Positions 38,601 through 53,100 of a DNA stretch of 64,000 nt are shown piece by piece (the first letter of the stretch is position 1; each line of letters opens with the position of its first letter). Source of the stretch: Ophelia neglecta (taxonomy: Eukaryota); assembly GCA_965285935.1 (NCBI GenBank), contig OZ260661.1, positions 107,074,001-107,138,000 on the forward strand, written 5' to 3'. The notes under the pieces are model-generated. The model saw only the letters and a list, made by a program, of their open reading frames with translations. It did no database searches and was not told the DNA's origin. The position numbers and the translations under genes are program-made.

Positions 38601-40700
38601 AGGTGTGTTTGTAAACACGTTTCTAAAGGCTGCGGCAAGGTTACCATACTTAGTCTATATCGTGGCAAATATTTGTCCAAAAATCTATGGAGCCGACGTG
38701 TTGAGGCAGTAACAATCGCCTCCGCGCTCTGTTGACAAGGGGAAATTGTTGCCGAATATTGTGGACAGTACAGCTGACATCTAAATATCTGACTCCAATT
38801 ATAAAAAAATCATATTTGATTTATAATTTTGTTGCCCTTGATAATATTTCAATGAAACATTCGTGACGTGAGTCAATTGGTTTCTGACTCGTCATTTCTG
38901 AAAGGTATCGTTGCTTAGGAATAAAATAATATTGAAAATATTGACTTCAACTGGGAGATTAAAAGGGAGAATTAATACCTCTCATGTATGTAAACAAAGT
39001 TGATAAGCTGTCTATCCATATTTTATGTGACAATAGTGGTACTAGGGGAGGGAGCATAGCAACCAAGTTACAATATCGTGTTGACATGGGTAAAAACGAA
39101 AGAAATGAAAACGGGAAAGGTGCCATATTTCGCCTTAATTTGAATTTTACAATCTTTGACAGATAGGCCTACTATATTAAAGAAATGATTACCATATTCA
39201 GGTGTACAATTGGCTTGAAAGATAGCAGTAAGAAATTCGACTCGAAAAAAACCCTGTAGGGTGTGTGAAGTTGTATTGTTGTCTTTCCAAACCCTTTCAA
39301 ACCTGTGCTGTTTTTGAATAAAATAAGTTGAATAAATTAAGATCAGACATGTTTTATAGATAGCAAATGACTGTAAAACAATTATACAAAACTGCTATTA
39401 AAACAGAATCACAGTTCGTGCAATTAAAACACATAAGATATCATTTAGTTACGAATACAGTTAAAACACAGCTGAAAACAGTATCACAGTTTAGTAATGT
39501 CTCTGTATCGGGACAAACTGCTGGCCATCACATGGGGGCTGAGGCAAGCATATTTGACCTCATTGGCAAGTTTCTATTCCCTCCTATATAGTTCTCAACA
39601 CATATTTTCCAATTCAACCAATGAATTATAAACATATTTTACCAGTTTGTTCTGTGGGATGCTGCTAAGTTTTATAAGATAGCGGTATGCACTGGTATGC
39701 AACTCGAGTCGAATGGGAACTGTCCACATTCACACTATAGAGCAAGAGAATTTGGAGCGATATTTACACCTCACTCGCGTTTGTCATAACGTAATAGATC
39801 CCTTTCAATGGCGTTTGACCCCGCCTGACTTACACCATAACCTCTTCACCCTACAACAGTGCAAGGTTAACACACGACTCAAATGTTTGACTGAACAATC
39901 CAGGTTAGAATATGGTGACAGAATGACAGATAGAATCAGCGCAAAGGCGACAGATTAGAACTTATTTGGATAAATATTTAAAGATCTAGAGTGACAGGGG
40001 ACTATAATGTAGATGGACAATATGGAAAACAGCAAGCTATTTTGTACCTTGAAACCTTTATTTGTTTATCGAGTCGTTGGTTTATGTACGGAAAACTCCA
40101 GTCTATGCTAGATCACCATCATTAGGAGTGGATACGTTCATTAACTGCTTGACACAAGCTATGAGGATTATTGTGGATAAAGAAGGGTCCCACGAGGAAC
40201 AAGATGACTCAACCTGGCCATCGAGATGTCCGGCAGGTAGCCAAGCTTCTCAGGACCACCTGCCAAGCATCTGTCACTGAGATGTATGCCCCATGTGCAG
40301 TCAAGATCCCCAGAGCATTGCTCGTTACTCAACCAAAACAGGGAAAAGTCGATAGAATACATTAACAAAATTGTAGCAGGACTTAGCAAAACAAGCATTC
40401 ATTGAGGCATTGAGCTCCTCTGGTACCGTTTTTCTTTGTTCGGATAGGGCTTGTTAGTGTGAGGTTTTTGGTCCATTTGTTCCATTACTCGTCGTTCTTA
40501 TGTTAATGACCAGAGCAATGGAAGAGGCGCTACTGCAATATGATTTACCTATTTCTATTGGTATAGGCCTACTGTAAATAGCAATGTAATGTAAATAAAT
40601 GCATTATATTAAAATATGAATTGAGTCCAGTAGTTATAATAGCAATCGTGGGCGGATTATTTCGAAAGAGAGACAGTGTGTGAAGGTAAGCTTACCCCAC

Positions 40701-40800
40701 CACCTCGAAACACTCTGGATCAACGTCTACCTCCATCAGCGACAACGAAGGGCAGACAACTGGGGAGTGTAGTCGATCAGCAGATACGTGTGAACGCCCT
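40701..40800 (+). mobile_element. Possible heavily decayed LINE AP-endonuclease fragment
   Basis: HLETLWINVYL resembles the LE.LW[IV] motif of CR1-type endonucleases; the downstream motifs are disrupted. Confidence 0.3.
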
Positions 40801-43633
40801 GACTGTCAGCCTACCTGGGACCACATAACCTCTCAAGATTAATGTCAAGGCAACAGCCGATAGCAACCTACAAAATTGGCCTCCTGAGTACAGCCAAAGC
40901 ATCATTTCTGATTTTTCTTGCAAATGCACTACTACTTTGATATATACTGTAAACTTTTAAATTTTTCTACATATCTTTTTATGGCGGAAAGGTTTATCGT
41001 GTTACACGTATTTTATTCATACTACAAGATAACATAATTGTGTGCGGAGCCTCTGCAGTGTACCGCGTGGCAAGGCACTTACAGCTGGACTGTACCTCTT
41101 GTCAAGAAATCATGTTATCTAATATATGACAACTTATAATTATCTAAACAGTAGGCGTGATTATCGACAGATTCGATATACAAACAGATACTCAGCTTAT
41201 CGTATTGTAGTATGCTAGAACGGCCTAAGCACTGAGGTGTATGTGATCAACTAGTATCTCACATGTATGTCAAACCATGGTTTCCTTCTTTGCTACCTGT
41301 AGGCCTATATATAAAAATATACTATGAATGTCTATTCAACTACCATACTAAGTATTATCATTGCAGAATTAATAGCCTGGCACACACCCATTTAATATAT
41401 GTATATATATATTTATCATTTGTCTTACTCTCTCATAATAATATCTTTGAACTCTTCAATTTTGAGGAAATAAAGCATATATTTATATATATATATGTAT
41501 ATATATATATATAACCAAGAAATAAGGATGGCACTGTAATAGCTGGCTGGAAAAATTATAAAAAACCTAGTAATTTCCTTTTCTTTGGTATGATTAAGCC
41601 ACTCTGGTCTATTGCACAAAAGTATAGCTCAAGCAAGCTTATTAAAAATATTTTTACTTCAACATGTGAGACCTTTTATTCCTAATATAAATTGCGCGGG
41701 TCTTTGCATTGGGGTTATAGATGTACACCGGAGGACATGTCAGTAAAATCTAAAGCTCTAATAAGGTATCACAATTCACGCCACGTAAACACCCACAACC
41801 CTGGGTCGGGGCACACAGTTCAGAATGAGAACAAGCAATATCCAAATGAAAGAAATCAACGTTGGAGTCAAGGCAAAGCTATCCACGCTTGAAAGGTCGC
41901 CATTATTTAGGAAGAATAAAGAAAAAGTACGCCTTTCTCCGCCAAGGGAAGCGTTATTTTCCGGAAATAACGCAAGTTACAAAATATAGCTGTGGCAATT
42001 TGCGAAACGAACCAGCATAATTTGTGCCTCCATCTTTAGTTAGAAAAAAAAGAGCGCGCCATTTTTGTTGCCCATTTCAGCAGGATAAAGCATCTAATGG
42101 AAGGCCTTTCATATTCTAGCCTCAATGCTTATTATCCATATAGCATTCAAGATAAATACATGTATCTATCATATGTAACGCCAGACATCATTAAAAGAGA
42201 ACCAGTTCACCTGAAAGAGAGGTATCACCCCCGTTTTAGATGTCATGTCATTGTTCGCCATGTTGTTATTGAATCTATACAGGCGAAGTCCATGTTCTCC
42301 TATTACTGACCACCAGTATGTACGCAATCGTAAGAAAATCACTAGCTCTGCTAGTATTTATATACACAGACGCACTGCTCTGTGCTTAACTTGGAACATA
42401 AATATGACGTGTAGTTTTCGCCTGACCACTTTAATAAGCAACTCATGATTAGAAATCATTCTGACGGGTAGCCTGGTAAAAGTGACGAGAGAGATTCTTA
42501 AATATCATTCCTCGGCCACGTTCAGTATTTTGGTCGGAAAGGATTATATAGGGATTATATATATATATATATCAACACAGTGGAAAGGCCAAGGAGCACG
42601 GGTACTGTTCGAATGGGTTGTATTTATAAACACTAAGCAAAATGTGCAGCAATAACTGTTTTCATATCATATCAGTAAGTATCGGCCAACCCAATTTGAG
42701 CCAGCCTGATATTTGGCTTGCCTAGCAAAATGTTATCGCACTTTCCCTGGTGCATTTGTTTATATATATTGGAATAAGCTGTGATTTAAAATTAAGTTGT
42801 AAACTTAAACGCGCTATTGTTTTTTTGTGAATTTGTGATGCAAACATTTATTTGCAAAATATCGACGACAATTCTATTGTCAAAAAAAACCACCCCCCCC
42901 CCCCCCCCTAATTTTCCAAACTCCTATGACGCTTTACCACTTCGCTAATTAATTCATAGTAGTACTATCACTGTCTCGATTGGTTAATTGAGAATGCTCA
43001 TTGATGCCCCATCAAACTGAGATAATCAGCTACGATATAAGATGCCATGGATACAATTATATATTAGTTTATACGAATTGTGACTTAAACTAGCACAAAG
43101 AGCGCCTTAAAACAACAGAATGTCTATGCGAGGGAGTAATCTGCTAGCTAGCTGCACGCCAGAGACTCTTCAATACAACTTTAAGCATTGACCTACTTTG
43201 ATGCTCAATGAAAAACAGCTCCCACCGGAAGCATTGCTCTGACGAAACACCCTTAGTTCTGACAGTTTGGTATTGCCGATAAAAGGAGCAGCAATTCAGC
43301 TATGTCAGCATCTGGGTCTTCAGTGAATATCACAACGAGAGCAAGAATTGAAGAAGCCTTGTAAAGGGGCATAAAGAATCAGAGCATGGGCGTCTGCCGC
43401 TATTTATAACTGTTGTCGTCTGTTCTTATTACTTTCCCCACTATTCACAATGCAAGTTTAACATCCGTGACAAACAAAATGGGCAAGTTATATTCACATT
43501 TATTTATTACTTGCCTCTATACCATCTCATCATTAGTAACTAAAGTAGGAAACATTTCCACACGCATTGTTTTTAATTCCAACATCTCATTGCCTTTTTA
43601 TACAATGGAACGTCCTTAAATCATTTTCTGTGC

Positions 43634-43916
43634 TATTGCCAATTGCGAATCATCTCGTTTGGTTAAATGTGTAAAAATGTATGTAATTCTTCCATAATAA
43701 TATTTCTCTTTCATCGATGATACCGACCATAATTATATTACTCTGTGAGACATTCATACAAATGATGGCTTTAGCATTATGACTGTTAGAAACAAAGAGC
43801 CTGGAACTAATCAGTTTTCAATGTGTTACATTTTGTCACTGTCTAGGAATTGCAGTAAACAGAGTAACATATTCCGACAAATATCCAAACTTTCAGGTCT
43901 CTTGCAATTGGCAATA
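43634..43916. mobile_element. MITE family A, copy 2 (283 bp)
   Basis: TATTGCCAATTGCGA ... TTGCAATTGGCAATA is a 14/15 inverted match with TA at both ends. Collinear with 17986-18267 and the same length. Confidence 0.75.
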
Positions 43917-46155
43917 AATTCAATATTCATATACGTGTAGTAAGCATGGCCTATTATACATACATGCATGTCGAAATATTTCCCTGTTGATTAACGTTGC
44001 ATCACGTTGACGTCATTAAATCGCTTCCGTGTCATTCGTAGCCAAAACTATGATGCGCCTTCTATCTTCACGAAGTTACCGTCGCATTAAACAATAATTT
44101 ATCTCACACGTTGCCAAAATAAGTTTCTCACAGTAGGGAGGATTTTTCAATATCCGGAGCTCCCAATGCCGCGAGATTTCATATCATTTGGAACTCCGCA
44201 GTGACTGCGTGGGAAGACCCAGACCGTGTTTTACTGAGCCGGTGTGTGTAAGAATTTACAAAATCAATTTTTTCAGCTAAGATAAGGCGAGAACCAACTA
44301 ATTGTAAGGGCGACAGCATATAAGAAGACATTCACATGTACATATATAAATGACATTGGCTTTTAAACTCGGAGGTTACATCTGTTAGTGCTTATAGGGT
44401 ATCGGGGTTGCTGAGGTTGTTTGCGGGATGTAGCTTTAATTTTGATGTTTTTCATGGCATTATGTGTTGTAGCAAGCCGCTATGCCCCAGAAGGAGATGG
44501 GAATTAGTTACTTTTCTCACCTGCCGGTCATCATATGTCTCCTCTAAAGAAATTAGTTAGTCATCATTAACTTAATATTCGTCTTTTACATTCTTTGGCA
44601 CGCCCAAGGTGTTTAATTTGCCAGGTCGTGGGAATAAGCTCCGTAAAAATATATTCAACACAATAATAATAGTCTTATTATAAAGAACTGCTACAAATAT
44701 ATACGCGTTTTTCCTCTTTATAAGCCAATAAGCCATATTGTAGATAGGCCAACCCATATCGGACTTCACTGGGCCTGGTCCAGCTGATAGTTTAGCAGGG
44801 GGCAGCACTGCATGTATCAAGCTCTTAGCATTAATAGGGCTACACTTGCTATTTTGCATGGCTGAAATGTTCATTCAGATCCACACAGGCATCGGACCAA
44901 ACTGAAAATTGGATATTTGAAAAACTCTATATATACATAAGTCAAGCCTAACTTGTTGTTTCAGTCACTTTAACGGGTAGAAAAGATAAGTATTATTACA
45001 TGTAAGTCAGTTTCCCATTCTTAATTCCAAATCTAATAAGTTTATTAATTGTAATCAGGCTTTGAGTTGAGAAAAGAGGCTTCTGGTTAGCAATATGCAA
45101 TATCTCCAGCTGGCCCTATTATCATACTTTTGATTATGCCACGTGCGGTGGAGAATAATTATTATATGTATGACACTATTCATGCAAGGGCGGAAACATT
45201 GTTAAGTAGATCACCAGTCTTTTGCTGACATTTCGCACATGCAAGGTAGTACGGCAAAATTGTCACGTTTAAATAGGGGCCTATGTCGACAATTATAGTG
45301 ACCTGTGGCGCTGACAAGTCATCTTGTTTAACCGAAAAGGTTTAAGAAATTATTTGATCCGGTATTAGAGTACTGCAAACAGCGTTCAGCACTCACGCGC
45401 ACTACAACAAAAATTAATAATTATAATATCATACATACCATGAAAGCCATCTGTTCACATATGTGTGTATATATTTATTATTATTATTTGTAACAATATT
45501 GACTTATAAATCGGGACAAATAAGTCTTGGCTTCCAATTCCCGAATGATTTTGAATGTTGGGCTATCATTAATCAATGCTAGGCAATAAATTAAAAGTGG
45601 TATTGAAAGTATTTGCTGAAAATGTTGTTCCTAAATCCTTTCTTTTTACCTTAAAATTGTTTACCTTACAATTCTTTACAGTTAAGACTCTGATTTCAAG
45701 GGTATTTCCTACACGTAAATAGTCAGATCTATGTTTTTCAACGCTACAATTTTGGAGCCATGTCATCCTAAATATTTCGTTTGTTGCGCCGTATAGTGTT
45801 AAATGTCATTAAAATACCACGTTATGTTAGGATTTCATTCCGTACATACTGGTGTCAAATTCCGTACAGGCTTCTTTCAGGTGGCTCTAAATTAATAAGT
45901 ATTACAATGACGCGTTTCCCTTTTTCTGCGGAAGGACCAACGGTGTTATTTTGATATACATGCTATTTTCCATTTTGGCTGAGGCTAGAGTTTTGAAAGA
46001 GAAAAAGTTTATCGGCTGCATTTAGAGAGAAAAGTTTTCGCAAAGTTCGCAATAAAACTGAGCGCCTACGATAAGCTTGAAGACAACAAATCTTAGAAAG
46101 TTATCTTCAAGCCCCCTTCCCCTCTCCCACTCTTTATCTAGTTGTCCGTGTGACA

Positions 46156-46420
46156 TACGGTCATCTATACCAGCACTGTGATGACTTGCTTGTTTACGGT
46201 CGTCAGTAACACCACTGTGATGGTGTGCGTTAGCGATCATCAATATAAAAATTGTGCTGACGTGCGAGTTTCAGTCACCTGTACAAAACGCTGTGATGAT
46301 GAGCGTGTTACGGTCATCAGCGCCAGCACTGTGATGGCGCGCTTGTTTACGGTCATCAGTACCACTGAAATCGTGATGCGTGCACGTCTACGGTTATCAG
46401 AACCAGCCCTGTGGCAACGT
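46156..46420. repeat. Degenerate minisatellite, unit about 39 nt, about 7 copies
   Basis: Recurring TACGGTCATCAGTACCAGCACTGTGATG..GCTTGTT. Confidence 0.85.
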
Positions 46421-46953
46421 GCTAGTTTAGAGTAATTACAGAACAAGACTTGCGTGTTGACTCTCTGTTTCCCACATCGCTTACTTAGATGCGATGGTGT
46501 TCAGTTTCGTCGGATAGGCCTCCTCCTACACCTGAAGGGACATCACGCATTTAGCATATTAGCATGTTCATGAACTGCGTGACGTGAGAGAGCTTCGGGG
46601 AGTATGCATGCATCATAAAAATCCATGGAATAATATTGATTAGATATGTGTGCATGTATAATGGATCCCCGCTTCATTCTCCAAGCCTTAAACACATACT
46701 CTCAAAAGAAAAATGGAGAGATTGTTACGTAAAGTTGAGGAAGACAAATCGAATGTTGCCGAGGAGATTATATTGCGTTCTTGGTGTCCGTAAAAACAGA
46801 AAGTCACCGCACTGTAGAAAACCATCACATGTTTTGTTACCTGTTCTAGCGCATGCATTCCAATCTCGGGTACGTCACTCGAGGACTATATTCAGGTACG
46901 GCTGCGTGCCGTCCGCGAGGAGTATCTTAGCAACTAATTCTGTAATTACAAGG

Positions 46954-47365
46954 GTGTCTTTTTCACACTTTCGTAATGACAAAAGTGACCTGTTCGCTCA
47001 ACTCTGCCTTATAAAAAAAACCCTCATAGGAGTGACAAAATGTGGCCCATAGTATCTAATTTTACAGTTGAAAACGCCAAAGATTGTACAAAATGGAAGT
47101 ATTTTTAAAGTGACTATACTGAAGGGTGCCTTTTGCACCTATCTTGTATTGACCAATGTGTTCCTTTTTGTCTGCTGCCCAAGAAGTCCTGTAACGATGA
47201 CGATGTAAGATCTCTATTTTTCATCGTAAGAAAAGACAGATCTGGACATATCAAAAAGGACTTTTTTGATAACTAGTGTGTCTTTTTCACCCATTTTGTA
47301 ATGACGAGATTATTTTATTTTTCGCTCAGCTCCTTGAGGGACATGTCCTGCTAGGAGGACCAAAA
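46954..47365. repeat. Imperfect direct repeat of about 90 nt, period 324 nt
   Basis: GTGTCTTTTTCAC..TTT.GTAATGAC...TTCGCTCA.CTC...TAGGAG.GAC.AAA starts at both 46954 and 47278. Confidence 0.55.
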
Positions 47366-49715
47366 GCTCTACTATTTTTATGGGAGAACAGGCCAGCAAC
47401 TGGACAAAGTCCGGAGGGAGTTTGTTATGACTAGGGTACGGGTTTCTTGATTTAGAGTTCAGGGATTTTGGTTGTGAGTAGAACATACTTATTTACTGCA
47501 GGCTTCAGCGGACCTATCGCCCCTGTCACATGCATCTCAAGTTAATGTTTAGGCTGGACCTGTCAGCATGGGTGTATACCTATTACTCAGGTTAAATGTG
47601 GTGAACTGTTGTTACCGGCTTTGTTTTCTCTAAGTTCACGTCTTCTTGATTAAGCATAGTCGACCATTATTAAACCAAGAGACCGGAAACCCAATCCCGA
47701 GTGTACACTGTCAGTGTAGATCAAAATATCGTATTCGCTATCTACGCCCTCTGTGCTTCTGAGGAGTCGGTGGCCAAATCCCCAAGAGAGCCAGTATATA
47801 GGACTTCATAATAATACAATGATATTGTTCTGAAACCGACCAAATCCAATGGATCTTTACGAGACGGCGATTGAGTCAACTCCCCTAGGAGAGGCATTGA
47901 CTTCATATTCATGATTATCACGTACACGAAAGGCTTTGGTCTTAACCATTACACAAACAAAATATGATTTGTTAATAAGTCAGGCCAATAGAACGTAGCA
48001 CGGAGCAAGTGAGGGCGTCCTGCTCGATGAAAGCAGACGACAATGCAAACGGCGTTTATATGCTCCTAGGCAAATCCCTGATTATGTAAACGCGTGTTGA
48101 CTTCGCAGATTAAAAGCCAAAGACAAGGACCGCTTCTCTCCTGAGACTAGCATGTAGCAACTCTCCAGTGGTGATACACAGGAAACTCAATTGTTTATCT
48201 TGCCCCGACACATTTACTCAACGCATGATCTCCAGTTGCAGCGTTGTGAATTTACGGTTATAATTTATCGTGTATTGTCATCAGAACAATGAGAGTGGAA
48301 AAGAATATTTCATCAAGAAATTTCATTTCAATAAGTGATATATATATATATCTATTTACCACGATAGGTTACAAGATCCTGAAGTACCATTGGTCATCTT
48401 AGATCCATTTAACCATTCCTGGTCATCGCATAACTGTATTTCCAATTATTTTCAAATTAGGCAGCACCTAAAAGACGAATGAGTTCGTCCTAAATTTAGC
48501 TAAATATCAATAAACAATTTTGCACAACCGCTTTGCAGCTGTAGGCCTTTTTTTTACAGTATACAGTAGAATGTAATTATGTAAATAGGTTTACATGGCT
48601 TTAGTTGAGCCATAAATTTAGACTAGAGTCTGTTTTAAGAATAATCATCCGACACACTGCTAGTTTTGTTATGTCCCTTCCAAATCCTGCATTTCCCAAC
48701 GGGCTTAAAAAAAAGATTTATTTCTAAAAATGCGTTGAATCTTTTTTTTTTCATGCTTTATTGAAGCCTTTCTCCAAGACTATGTCTTTGACATTAGTCT
48801 GAGTGCTTAACATTCAATGCAAATAACGCAGGCTGTACATTTGGCCGCCTAGACATTTTACTTTCTGGCAAAATTTCCCATAGTGGCGATTGATTCCATG
48901 TTTATAGTAAAAGGAAAGCAGTATAACCCACGAGAGACTGCAAACGGTTAATTTAGTGACCCGGATAAAGTTTTATTCACTTATTTCGCCGATAACTCAC
49001 CAGCTACAGAACTGTGCCAAACCGGGTTGTGAGTGTAAAAAATGAACCACTCTCCCATAAAAAGTGTTCAAAAAAAACCATTGTGACTGTATAACATCTC
49101 AAATCCTCAGAGGCTTAGTGTGTCCTAATACCAAACCCTTAAATAGCGGAAGTCAAATGGCAGACGACAGAGATGACGAGAAGGCCTAGGCTGTGTTTCC
49201 CTCATAAGGGAATATTCAATAAACCTTTTATTTTTATAGCTTTTTGTACACAATTGAATGATGTCTTAGCGATTTTTTCCAGCAAACAGTAAGAGGTACA
49301 CAGTGTTTATTCAGTGGTAACCCCATCAAAATCCAGGGCTCATCAGTGAAGCCAACAATAAGAGCTTTCAATACCAGGGTTTATAGCCACAATTAACCTC
49401 TTTGGGAGGGCCAGACGACACGGGGGCTAGTCCTTTTATAGTATATATATTATTCACCCTTCTCACTGTGCACTGATGCACTGTAGTAGGCTATAACCCT
49501 GCCTGTGTGGGCTGCAGCGCTAATTTCAGATGAGCACAGCGGGCAGGTTAATGAGGCCTCAAGGTGTGCTCGGTAACCAGATGACAGATGACTCGTGCTA
49601 GGAATACTGAAAGCGGCTTCGGCAATTTCCATGAATGCATCGGTTGATTTCATAAGTTTGATAAATGATACCTTATCGGTAATGTCTATTTAGCAGATCA
49701 TGCTGCATGTATTTG

Positions 49716-50150
49716 TCCTAGTGTGGTAACGCCCAAACCGGATGATGAGACACCGATAATGATGCATATGCCGTGTGTACTGGTCAAGCCATGTCTCAGG
49801 TGATAATTTCTCAGCCTATTCATGTACAGGGTGGGGTAAAGCCTCATGTTACGGGCTGACTGGGACAAGTGGGTCCATGCGTAGTGTGGTTATTATAAAA
49901 CCCTTGCTGAGATGACGATGTCTTTGTCTAAAGAGGTACACCTCTAACTTAGATGATGATGCCTAATCTAGTGGGGTAAGGCCCGAGGCCGAGGTGCTGA
50001 TGTATTGTGCCCAGTAGAGTAAAACGCTGGCTGAGGTGATGTATACATCCGCAGTGCGTTAAAGGCCTGGCTGAGAGAGACTATTGTGTCTAAGTGTAGT
50101 TGGGCAGAGCTTTGGCTGACATGATGATAGTGTTGAGCTGGGTTAATCCC
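49716..50150. repeat. Highly degenerate minisatellite, unit about 41 nt
   Basis: Recurring TAGTG.GGTAAAGCC.TGGCTGAGGTGATGATG. Confidence 0.6.
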
Positions 50151-53100
50151 GGTAGATTAATTACCATACAATGGGTTTAATAACCGAACAAGGTAGCCAA
50201 TTTGCAAATTGGAATTGCCGGAAGCTATCTGCATCTGACAAAACGCAATATATTTGTCATATGCAACAATTAATTGGAATATTTGCATGTATCCTTTACC
50301 CCCCCCCCCCCCCCTCTGTCTCCTGATCGGTTAACTTTGGTACCCCTGTTGTGTTTCCATCTGATTTTCATAGGTACATGTAAGTTAACCTTGTTTTAGA
50401 ATCGACCCACACGACACCCAAATAAGGCTTTGATATATATGCAAACCTAGCTGTCAGACTTCGTGTTAAGGGTAGTTAGTATGCAGCCGATTTGCCGTTC
50501 TTTGCTTCGTATGCTTCTTGCGAATAACCCAAATCCCCAGGAAGCTATTAAAGCTGACATATATCGGACTTTAACGGACGAGTGCGAGACATTGTGAGCC
50601 GCGGATTGTCTTAAATAGGGGACAATTTCAACAAGAAATTGTTTAGTGCTCATTCTTTATAGCAATGACCTAGGCCCATGTCGCTCATGTATTGTACTAA
50701 GTACTTAGTGTTGAGCTTATATTAAGTGCAGTGACTATTGGCTGTAATACTCAAGACCGAGGTAACAAGGGAATGCTGATAAAGGAAGCATTGTACGGAG
50801 ATTCTATATTCCCAAAGAGCTGTATATATAAGATAAGCTACCAGACGCACGCAGTTCATTTAAATTCCATCACATGGTAGTATAAAACCGGTGGACTTAC
50901 TGAAGTACTTGTTTCTCGGAAAATCATTTACAGAATAGTTTAGGGAAAATGATGAATCAAGCCATTAATTCAGCTGCCTTGAGTACGACAAACACGTCCG
51001 TTTCTATTGAATACTGGCATTTCTAATGTTGAAGTGAATACACACGCTATTGTAATTCAAATTTTATTCTGTCATATACCATTGGAATACTGTTGAGGCC
51101 TCCAAAAGAGAAAAGGTCGGTTGAGGTATCTGGTAGACCGAACATCAGCTGCTACTCTGTACATCATCTGCGTAAAACACCCCAAAAGGCCGTTAAACTC
51201 CTGCCCTCGTTTATGATTGGTGTCCCGAAGACATTTACCAATCTCTTTTACCGCTCAGTAGTGCTGAAATTGTATTATCTTGCCTGTAAATAACAATGGA
51301 AGTGAGATTCCTTTATTCAGGCTCTTTCCCCCGCAGCGGCTGTGTTCAGCAACAGAGGTGCCGTATATTGCCGAGAGCCAGAGATGAAGGAAGCACTGGT
51401 GGCTTCTTTCAAGGGAATTGCCTTCCTTCTCTCAGAATATATCTCCAACAAAACGTTGTCAGGAGATTTTCCGCTAGTTGTACACCATATTGGCTTTGCG
51501 TCGAGACGAAGTTCCTCAATACAAAGTGAAAACATGTCTGACTTCTCAGTTTTGTGATGGGGTGAATGTTTTTTGTGTAGCAAAGCGGCTGACATGTCTA
51601 GGCATATTGCGTACGTTTCGTCTTGATAAATACCATTTCTAGCGCATATTGTCATCAACGACGGTTAATAAGCAAAAATTGATATGGACTAAAGTGGCAA
51701 TGAATTACTAGGTACTCAAGAAACATCATTTATGAAGGGAAAGATAAACAACAGCATCATTGCTGAGGGAAAAGTAATCAATCTGAAATGGACATGCTAG
51801 AAGGCATGCCTCTTGGCCTTACCACACAGTATATTTAAATCGTTGTTACATATCATATAATGATATCTACTTCATGAATAGATCATGGTCATTCCTAATC
51901 GTGCGTCTATCCAAACTTCCAGCAATAACCTAAAACAGTTTAACAAATAATTGTCGCGTATTTTCCTTAGTCTGTTAATAAGAAGGCTTGACTAAGTCAG
52001 TAAACAGTTCAACCAAACAACCATTTATAACCCTACATAATATATGTTTGTTTGCTACCAGTTATTTATATTTATATCTGTATAAGTCTTGGTTCTATGC
52101 CTCTTGATAGCTGTTGTTGTCATGTTTGCCAAGACTATAATACATTTCTGTATTTAATGCTTAGCCGTTAGCTATACGGAACATGGCCGCGGGACGCCTA
52201 TCTGTGTCAAAAAAGCGACTTCAGCTTTATGACAGCATCTTCGGCCGTATCCACTGATCTCGGGTTGCATGTATAAATGGCTCCTTGTATGGCTATAGCT
52301 TTATCAACATTGCACTACCGCTGCCAGTTGGGATTCCATTTCTTCGCGCCTAAGGGTACAGTTTCCATTATTCAAATCACTAGAGATATTAGTTTACACA
52401 ACGGACAGAAATAACTTCATTATAAACCCACAGCCACCCGAGACGCTCGGCACACATTAATAACGTGGTTACTGTATTGAACACCTGTTTCGGTTATAGT
52501 GGTTAATAAATTGACCTGCCCCTAAGACAGGCAATAAAGAAGACAAATTTATTAAAGTCTGTCTGTTATTTTTGGAATGGACAAGGCGATTTGTTGTGGC
52601 ATTAGCAACGTCAATATGTCCCACGCTGAATCAAGGCCGCACATCTCGGAAGGTGATAGCACAAGATTATTTACCCAGTTTTGCCTTGGGCTGGGTCATT
52701 GGATACAGGCACGTAATGGTGTAATTCAGGGGAGAGTATCGCATTCGGATGCTTGGTAATGCAGCACAATAAATTAGTGATGAGGCCTCGGAGATTTGAC
52801 TTGAGGGTAATGTACTTAGCCGTCATTCATCTATAGGCGGGTGCAACCATAGATATCATGGAATATCACCAGATATACGACATTTTTCCTACCATGTGGC
52901 GTATGAAATCAAACTTTTTAAATATTATCTCACTGTTATAAATTGGCCTTTTTATATGACCACGCGGCAATACTGCTGTTATAAATGGGCATGCACACGT
53001 AATACAGAAAAAAACGATAGACATGTCATTGATGTATAGAGTAGAATTAGCCCAATCTAGGGTAAAACTGCATGCAATTTAAATAGATAAATGGCTGTGA

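Noticed and set aside
40171-40365. Possible LTR-retrotransposon integrase zinc-finger remnant (GHRDVRQVAKLLR)
   Set aside because: The resemblance is too weak; the HHCC spacing is not recoverable.
46156-46420. CRISPR-like array
   Set aside because: Eukaryotic context, degenerate repeats, homologous linkers instead of unique spacers, and no cas genes.
51296-51658. Three overlapping ORFs (71-113 aa)
   Set aside because: No recognisable domain or consistent splice sites; possibly TE-derived, but unsupported.
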